44,775 bases of DNA, taken from Octopus bimaculoides (lineage: Eukaryota). The translations under genes were made by a program, and so were the position numbers. This document shows, in pieces, positions 36,441 to 44,775 of this stretch (the first letter of the stretch is position 1; the number at the start of each line of letters is the position of its first letter). The notes under the pieces were generated by a model, which saw only the letters and a list, made by a program, of their open reading frames with translations, was not told where the DNA came from and ran no database searches. The stretch lies in contig NC_068997.1 of NCBI RefSeq assembly GCF_001194135.2, positions 13,800,661 through 13,845,435 of the forward strand, in the 5' to 3' direction.

Positions 36441-37764
36441 TCCTACCATGGTTGTTCCCTATGCAGTTATCTACATTTCTATCAATTAATTTGCCTCACT
36501 GTCTTTCTACTTATTAATCTATCATTAACAGAGGTCACATCTAATTAAGTAGCTAAGTGCCTATTAATTTATGAAACAAACTATTTATACCAAGCTTCTA
36601 CTAGGCAGACCAAAGCACGAATATTTAAAATGCTATGTCCAGAGGCTCAGAAGGAAAATTAAGATTTAAACTCTAGACCACCTGAAGGGGAGAAAAGAAC
36701 ATGTAGATTCTTACATATACAGGATGTCTAATTAGTAAGCCAGCAGTTAACAACTGTAATTGAAAACCTGATAGACTTATGAGGCATATTGGTAAAATCT
36801 GGAATCTGCAGAGAATGGTAAATGTCTGCCTCGACAATAATTAGCCCATAGAAGACTTTGTAGTAAAGTTTAATAAGTTCAATTGCTGTAAGCGGTGAAG
36901 AATCTAACATCAATGTTTCGTGTGCATATGTGTGTAAGTGTGTGTATGAGTGTGCTTGTGTGTAAGTGTTTGTACGTGTTTGTGCATGAGTATGTGTGTG
37001 TTTGTGTAAGTGTGCATGTGTTTGCAAGCGTGTGAGCATGTGCATGGCTGTTAGACTGTCTGTGCGAATATTCTTCGATGAGTACAGGTATAGGTGCTGG
37101 TATGTGTGTTTCAGTGTCCCTGTCTATGTGTGTGACTGTGTCTATATCTGTGTTAGTGCTTCTGTACATATGTGTGTGCATATGACTATTTGCGCTAACA
37201 CTTGTTTCCATTTGTATGCATATGTGTGTATTCGTGTTAGTGTGTGTGTGTGTGTGAATGTACAGATGAATGAAGAGGTAAGTTCTGTAGTAGAATTTAT
37301 TTCTTCATTTGATGCTGATGTTTGCTGTTGTAGCTAACATAAGTTTACCTCCTATCGTCAGAATGAACATGTCAATGTAGAAATAACTCAGAGTACTAAG
37401 GAAAAGACAGAATCACTAGATCTGAACAAATAGATATAAGTATTGATACCACCGCTTACATTATTTTTAGACTTATTATCATCAACAACACAACAACAAC
37501 AACAACAACAAAATTGCCTTCATATCCTGATTTTCTAAGTCCGAAGGTATGATTTGAGGCAGATTTTTAAAGCTCAAGGACATTTCTGACATCAAATCTT
37601 ATGACGAAGACATGGTAGCTATTCTAAAAGCTGGAGAACACACATGCATACAAATTTACATATCTATCTGTCTGTCTATCTATCTATCTATCTATCCATC
37701 CACGAGTCATAGGTTTGCTTCATCAGAGTAGCAACAATACCAAAAGATATCTATGAAACTATGA

Positions 37765-37925
37765 CCGTCGTTATTATCCTTTAACGTCCATATTCCATGC
37801 TGTTATGGGTTGGACATGTGGACAGGATCCATTTAGCTCAAGGACTACATTGTGCACCTGTGTTTGCTGTGCATGGTTTCTATGACAGGAAGCCCTTTCT
37901 AGTCCCAATCACTTTATAGTATGCT
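37765..37925 (-). mobile_element. Old RTE 3'-tail family B copy
   Basis: TTTAACGTCCATATTCCATGCTGTTATGGGTTGGAC...GGTTTCTATGACAGGAAGCCCTTTC. Confidence 0.55.
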
Positions 37926-38104
37926 CTGTGGTCACTTTGTTTCTATATTTCTGTTGAAATATTCTCCTTTTGTTGTTTTCCAATTTATTTTGAAAATAAA
38001 GAATAGTTATTGCTATGAATTTTCCATTAGTAAGGTGCTGTCTGGAACAAATTAGAATAAACTGTTGATAGATGATTTCACTTTTGATCACTGTAAGAAA
38101 GAAA

Positions 38105-38188
38105 ATCACAGGTGTCTAATCACAGGTATCTAATTACAGGTGTCACAGGAGCAATCATAGGTATCTAATCACAAGAGTCTAATCACAG
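38105..38188. repeat. Degenerate 14-bp tandem repeat (AATCACAGGTGTCT), about 6 units
   Basis: Read directly. Confidence 0.75.
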
Positions 38189-38189
38189 G

Positions 38190-38268
38190 CTTACCAGTTC
38201 CAGTCAAGCCATCTAACCCATGCCAGGAGGGAAAGTGGACATTAAATGATGATGATGATGATGATGAT
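38190..38268 (+). mobile_element. RTE 3'-tail family B terminal fragment with (GAT)n
   Basis: CCAGTCAAGCCATCTAACCCATGCCAGGAGGGAAAGTGGACATTAAATGATGATG. Confidence 0.65.
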
Positions 38269-38295
38269 ACATACATACATACATATATATGTGTG

Positions 38296-38455
38296 CAATG
38301 GGTTTCTTTCAGTTTCCATCTACCAAATCCACTGAGAAGGCTTTCGTTGGCCCAAGGCTATAGCAGAAGACACTTGCCACGATGCGATGCCTTGGGACTT
38401 AACCCAGAACCACGTAGTTGTGAAGCAAGCTTCTTACCACACAGCCACTCCTGAA
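38296..38455 (-). mobile_element. SINE family C head and central domain
   Basis: TTTCTTTCAGTTTCCATCTACCAAATCC...GCTTCTTACCACACAGCCACTCCTG. Confidence 0.8.
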
Positions 38456-39242
38456 CCAATGTGGTAAATAAATTTTGCCACAAATAATTTAGGTTGAAGA
38501 CAGATAATTATGAGTGGAAGGTATTAATTGATACCATCAATACCAGCACGTGAGGGATGCTATGTTTTATCAACCCTTAAAGGATGAGCAGCAAAATTTG
38601 GCTTGAGACAAGTAATCAACAATGATATAGAATATCTATAACTTAAAGATTTTTCAATGGGCGCCCTCTAGGTTTATATAACAGAAGACACATTAGACAG
38701 TGTAGTCTTTAATAGACAAAAAGATCGGGTGGTCACGGGTAGAACATTTTCAATTATAGTTCTGACCAATCAGAGTTGACCTTGGGTTAAACAACAGTGA
38801 TAACAGCCGCAATGATAGCAATGGTGGTATATATCTTATCGTATATTTTTTTTTTTTATTGCTTTCTCTTTTTTTTTTGTTCTGAACTGGACTCTACAGC
38901 ATTTTATCAAAATATACTTTATGATATCACCACACCCTGAACCATGCCACATTCTGTCATAACGTACACCAGACTTGTATACTGATGTACAATTTCTAGA
39001 GATTCAGTACAAATGGAACAAAGCAGAAATACATTGAAGCTTCTTACTCAGTGCCAGTAATAACAATCTCTCTACATGCATGAAGGAATCGGTAGGAAAA
39101 AAATTCCAATATATTAATTATAACCAAAATCAATACTGTCTCTAAGGCTGATTTGCTGACCGAAAAATCCTAATTTGGCTTTTTCTATTTGTTTGGAGAA
39201 GTATATGTACACATATATATACATATATATAAATACACATGC

Positions 39243-39290
<48 letters not shown>

Positions 39291-39309
39291 TNNNNNNNNN
39301 NNNNNNNNN

Positions 39310-39376
<67 letters not shown>

Positions 39377-39791
39377 AAATACAGGCATATATATACACAC
39401 ACATACATATATATTTATGTATATATTTATTTATATTTGTAATCTTTTTATTGGTTACAACAACAAAAACAGCAATTCTAGCAACAACTGCAAAACATAC
39501 AATTACAATGATAAGTATATGTTGTGTGCAATACAAAATACCATCACATAATACATTGAATACTATAAGCATATACATCTTTAGGAATACATACGTACAT
39601 ACATACATACGGACAGACAAACAGACATATATGTACGTTGTGGTGTCATTTTGGCATGTGTTAAAGTTTACAGCACACAACATGTTCAAATCCCCCAGAG
39701 TGTAATAAATTCTTTTGTCCTCTGTAAAGTGAATAATTTAATTGAATGAGATAAAATGTTTAACAGATCTTATAATCTTGATCGTGTTACA

Positions 39792-39821
39792 CTGATGAAA
39801 TCCAACTAGATTGAAATGGTA
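39792..39821 (+). ncRNA. Degenerate hammerhead-like core
   Basis: CTGATGA-AATC-caacta-GATT-GAAA-TGGTA. Core and helix II are present. Helix I pairing was not found. Confidence 0.3.
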
Positions 39822-40435
39822 GCCATCTATGAATGTTGAGGACTCAAAGGTTAAAAGAAAAATTAACAAGAGAACATTTGATCAAATAAATACATTATGT
39901 GCATTTTGTTCCTTCCCTTTGCAATGAAAAATTAGAAATAATTATGATCCCTATCAAGAAGGTTCTCCCCCTTTCAATGAAGATAAACAACCAATTAACT
40001 GAGAGATTACACACACACACACACACACACACCCACACACACACACACACGCTCTCGCGCATGCATGCTGATTTAGAACTTTAGAAATCTGTATAATTTT
40101 CCAGCACGTTATCATTTTGGTATATATGTGCATGTCTAGACATGCAAATATATGCATGAGAGTATGTGCATAAAACAAAACATACAAATCTGCACATGCA
40201 CTGACTCAAAATATTGCACAATTATACACAAACATGCACAAATACTCTGTTCATGTCGCTGAAATTCCAATAAAGGAGATTTGGATTTAGGTTAGAAACC
40301 AGCCCTTTCTCTATCAATAAAAAATCTCGAAATAAAACAGAATAACGACATACATGCATATATGTATATATATGCATATATGCATATATGTATACATACA
40401 TGCATATATGTATATATATATACATGTATATATGC

Positions 40436-40466
<31 letters not shown>

Positions 40467-40625
40467 TATAGATATATAGATATGTATATGTGTATATGTA
40501 TATATACATACATATATATATATATGGGAGAATATACGAAAAAACAACAACAGACGAGGACAGGTGGTGTAAATAACAAAAGGATGTATTAGTATGACGC
40601 TCGGGAATACGGAAAGTCAGTCTTT

Positions 40626-40647
40626 GACGTTTCGAGCTATGCTCTTC
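40626..40647 (-). ncRNA. Half hammerhead-like motif (helix II plus GAAAC-GUC)
   Basis: Minus strand reads GAA-GAGC-ata-GCTC-GAAAC-GTC. The CUGA half is missing, replaced by (TG)n next to a gap. Confidence 0.25.
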
Positions 40648-41426
40648 AACACACATATATACACACACATATNNNNNNNNNNNNNNNNNNNNNNNNNNNN
40701 NNNNNNNNNNNNNNNNNNNNNNNNNNNNNNNNNNNNNNNNNNNNNNNNNNNNNNNNNNNNNNNNNNNNNNNNNNNNNNNNNNNNNNNNNNNNNNNNNNNN
40801 NNNNNNNNNNNNNNNNNNNNNNNNNNNNNNNNNNNNNNNNNNNNNNNNNNNNNNNNNNNNNNNNNNNNNNNNNNNNNNNNNNNNNNNNNNNNNNNNNNNN
40901 NNNNNNNNNNNNNNNNNNNNNNNNNNNNNNNNNNNNNNNNNNNNNNNNNNNNNNNNNNNNNNNNNNNNNNNNNNNNNNNNNNNNNNNNNNNNNNNNNNNN
41001 NNNNNNNNNNNNNNNNNNNNNNNNNNNNNNNNNNNNNNNNNNNNNNNNNNNNNNNNNNNNNNNNNNNNNNNNNNNNNNNNNNNNNNNNNNNNNNNNNNNN
41101 NNNNNNNNNNNNNNNNNNNNNNNNNNNNNNNNNAACACCATCATGATAAAACCACGACTATTAAATAGAATTACCTCATCACCCGACACTAACAGACATC
41201 TTTCCACATTCACCTTTCCATTTTTTTTGTTCTCAGTCTATTCACCATCGATGCACCACTCACTGTGTCCTGCCAAATGTGGGTTTCCATGTATTTTCTT
41301 TTTACATACTCTATATACACACCTGTGCTGACTTGTGTGTCGATATATTTGTGCATATGTAAACACACACATATGTATGTATGCATGTACATGCACTCAC
41401 ATACAATATATCTATCTATCTATCTA

Positions 41427-41463
<37 letters not shown>

Positions 41464-42100
41464 GCATACATATATATATATATATATATCTTATCTATAA
41501 AAGGCAGATTTTCTGTGTGTATGTTTTATGTTTAAAATTCATACATTTACACAATTCCAAATTTCTTGGATGAAAGAATCGCAATTAATATTCTAAATAC
41601 CTCTGAGAATCTAATTTATGTCCTATATAGTGATGTCTACAACCTGAGCAGGTCATTACATAAATTAGATTCTCAGAGGGACAAGTGAAGTTAGTTTTAG
41701 AATATAAGTGTACCACAAGTGAAAAAAGGTTGCAAAGCAGTGCTCTATATCATTTCATTTTTCCTTTCTTCTTCCTTGTTTATCTAGATTCTCTCCTCTA
41801 CAACTACTTACCTACAAATGTAGGCTTATATTGTTTTGAGTTCCCCATCAGTTGCAGCCATTTGCACAAACATGAAGGGTGTAAAATTTTGCATCATTCA
41901 TTTTTATTCTTCTCCTGTCATCTTAATCCTGGAGAAGAACTGTCTGAAATGTTCGAAACTCTACACCTCATGGTAATTTCACCATACTCTTACATACATA
42001 TACACATGCATACATACACACATACATACATATGTAAATATATAGAAAGATACATACACACTCATTCACACATTTATTCACCACCCCACACATGTGTATG

Positions 42101-42146
<46 letters not shown>

Positions 42147-42167
42147 AACACACATATATATATATAT

Positions 42168-42206
<39 letters not shown>

Positions 42207-42374
42207 TATATATATANNNNNNNNNNNNNNNNNNNNNNNNNNNNNNNNNNNNNNNNNNNNNNNNNNNNNNNNNNNNNNNNNNNNNNNNNNNNNNNNNNNN
42301 NNNNNNNNNNNNNNNNNNNNNNNNNNNNNNNNNNNNNNGATAGATAGATAGATAGATGGATGGATAGATAGATC

Positions 42375-42417
<43 letters not shown>

Positions 42418-43119
42418 GGAATAGATAAATATAGATATGTATTTGTGCGTTTAGTCAATAACATATTAATGCAACACACATACACAAACTCGCACATAAT
42501 TAAAATATCATTTTTTTTAAAATCCACTATTCTATCATATGATCATATCTACATCATAAATAATTGAGAAATATAAAGAAATACCGAAAATCAAAGGTGT
42601 AGTAAAGCACCACCGTCAGCGCCACCACCAACTACAACTACAACAACAACAACAACAGCAGTAGCAGTAGCAGTAGCAGCACTGCTGACATCTGTAATAG
42701 CAAGTTGAAAAGAATGAAAAAAAGTGTGCAATATTATCGTTGAAATTATTTCCAAGACGAAAATATTTTATAAAATAGAATTTTGAAAATTTTTGAAATT
42801 TAATTATATTCAAATTGTTTAAGTTTGTTTTTTGTTTTTGTTCTCTTTTTTTTTTTTGTCTTGAAATAAATAAAAAGAAAGTAGGTAAAAAATAGAAGTC
42901 TATATGTAGAAAACAATTAAAAATGCCTATCTAAGAAATGTAAAAAAAATATAGGTCACTACCCCACACACACATATATATATATATACATGCACATACA
43001 TATATACATACACAGTCACACAAACACACACATACACAAATATATNNNNNNNNNNNNNNNNNNNNNNNNNNNNNNNNNNNNNNNNNNNNNNNNNNNNNNN
43101 NNNNNNNNNNNNNNNNNNN

Positions 43120-43182
<63 letters not shown>

Positions 43183-43239
43183 TATATACACGTATACAGA
43201 TACATATATATATGCACATATACAGATACATACACACAC

Positions 43240-43440
43240 AAAGCACCCCACTACACTCTTGGAGTGGTTTGCATTAGGAAAGGAATCCAGCCATAGAAAC
43301 CATGTCAAATGAGACTGGAATTTGGTGCAGCTCTCCAGCTTTACTAGTTCCAGTGAATCAAGCTGTCAAACCCATGCCAGCGTGGAAACGGACGTTAAAG
43401 GATAATGATGATGATGATGATGATAATGATGATAATGATG
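43240..43440 (+). mobile_element. RTE 3'-tail family B copy with expanded (GAT)n tail
   Basis: AAAGCACCCCACTACACTCTTGGAGTGG...GTGGAAACGGACGTTAAAGGATAATGATGATG. Confidence 0.75.
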
Positions 43441-43547
43441 ATGGTGGTGACGATTATGGTGATGATACACACATACACACACATGCACATACATATATAT
43501 ACAGTTGTGAGTCTGGCATTATACTATATCCAGTACTAAAACTCTGG

Positions 43548-43851
43548 CTCAGGAGTTTGAGGGTCTTAAGGAGTGTGGAACCTCCTCTTAACCATTCCTG
43601 TCCTCAGGCCTACTCAGACATAGCTCAGGAATTTGAGGGTCTTAAGGAGTGTGGAACCTCCTCTTAACCATTCCTGTCCTCAGGCCTACTCAGACATAGC
43701 TCAGGAGTTCGAGGGTCTTAAGGAGTGTGGAACCTCCTCTTAACCATTCCTGTCCTCAGGCCTACTCAGACATAGCTCAGGAGTTGGAGGGTCTTAAGGA
43801 GTGTGGAACCTCCTCTTAACCATTCCTGTCCTCAGGCCTACCCAGACACAG
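43548..43851. repeat. Minisatellite, 4 x 76 bp, near-identical
   Basis: Units start at 43548, 43624, 43700 and 43776. They differ only in GGA(G/A)TT(T/C/G)GAG and at two positions at the end of unit 4. Confidence 0.95.
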
Positions 43852-44541
43852 AATAGTAGCACATGCCAGACTCCCAGTTATGATTTGATTAGCATGCCAT
43901 GGAATTTCATCTTGAGCATCATTCACAGACACCTCGATGAACCTAGAGCAGATACAAGCTAAATGATATCAAATGGATGTAAATTCATGATTATGATGTA
44001 GAGTACGACATATATTTCTCTTGAGTGAATGCTCTGCACACAAAGCAGACCCATATTAATTTGTTGAGCTCTTGGACACTACTGAATACACTATGAACTG
44101 AAAAGGTTTGATAACACTGAAACATGTCCATAATCAATACTTATTACCCACAGCATGTTTCCATCATATTTCCATCTAATTCTTTTTCTTTAACAGAAAT
44201 TTTTGCAAGTTCTTCCATTGCTATTTCTGAAAACAAATTTTCATTTGTGCTGACGACTTTTCTTTTCCATGTAGGAATTTAAGTTCAAGTAATTAAGAAT
44301 TAATTCCAGCTCTGCATCTCTAATCCTGTAGTCTGCACATTTGGAAATTTATTTTCCACTGTCAGCACCTAACTACCTACTTAGATACACATGTGTGTTG
44401 TGTGCGTATGCATGTTATATAAATAATTATGATAGATACATACATACACATGTATGTGTATGTGTGTTTATATACATACATATGAATATATATATATATA
44501 TATATATATGTCTTTTAAAGTCTGTTAAAGTCTGTCATACC

Positions 44542-44581
44542 GGCCATGATGAAGGGAAATAGCCCTGAAACTCGAGTTGCC
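44542..44581 (+). ncRNA. Minimal type I hammerhead ribozyme-like motif (Penelope-type)
   Basis: GGC-C(A)TGATGA-AGGG-aaatag-CCCT-GAAA-CTCGAG-TT-GCC. Helix I is GGC/GCC, helix II is AGGG/CCCT, and the palindromic helix III region is ACTCGAGT. There is one extra A in the CUGA core. Confidence 0.5.
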
Positions 44582-44775
44582 TTTATATATTTATATTTAT
44601 ATATTTGATCCTTTATATTGAACACTCAATATTTCATCTACATTCAATACTTTATTTCATGGTGCCATCTATTTTTATTTTATTTTATTTTATATTATAT
44701 ATTGCATATTATATTATATATTGTATATTCCATATTCTATACCCCACATTGGTTCTGCAGGAATATAAATAAAAC

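Noticed and set aside
43548-43851. CRISPR-like or tRNA-array interpretation of the 76-bp repeats
   Set aside because: There are no unique spacers, no cloverleaf, the A/B-like boxes overlap rather than being correctly spaced, and the context is eukaryotic.
44110-44300. Short open minus-strand stretch (IPTWKRKVV...ELDGNMMETCCG) in unique-looking DNA
   Set aside because: Under 50 codons with no recognisable motif or splice frame. It may be very old TE debris but cannot be supported.

Overview
AT-rich eukaryotic draft-assembly DNA with 15 N-gaps and very dense microsatellites: (TA)n, (CA/TG)n, (GA)n, (GATA)n and (CAT/CAC/CAA)n. The interspersed repeats resemble octopod cephalopod families. That assignment rests on recall of such repeats, not a database search. 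No intact host protein-coding ORF is recognisable, and nearly all entries in the ORF track are microsatellite or gap translations. The only real protein-like sequence is retroelement debris: a 5'-truncated CR1-group LINE RT (14075-15683, minus), an RTE-type endonuclease remnant (11282-11600, plus) and a probable Tx1/L1 ORF2 C-terminus (24389-24522). The rest is tRNA-derived SINEs, RTE 3'-tail repeats and two MITEs: one Merlin-like with an 8-bp TSD and telomere-like repeats, one Tigger/pogo-like nested in a SINE. Signals that most merit follow-up: (1) Penelope-type minimal hammerhead ribozyme motifs, two of them in a head-to-head foldback; (2) long near-perfect hairpins at 7191-7547 and 11681-11802; (3) a tRNA-SINE head fused to the LINE RT; (4) candidate minus-strand micro-exons, one with an inverted repeat that could mask its acceptor; (5) a young 4 x 76-bp tandem array. 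The window is probably intronic or intergenic.
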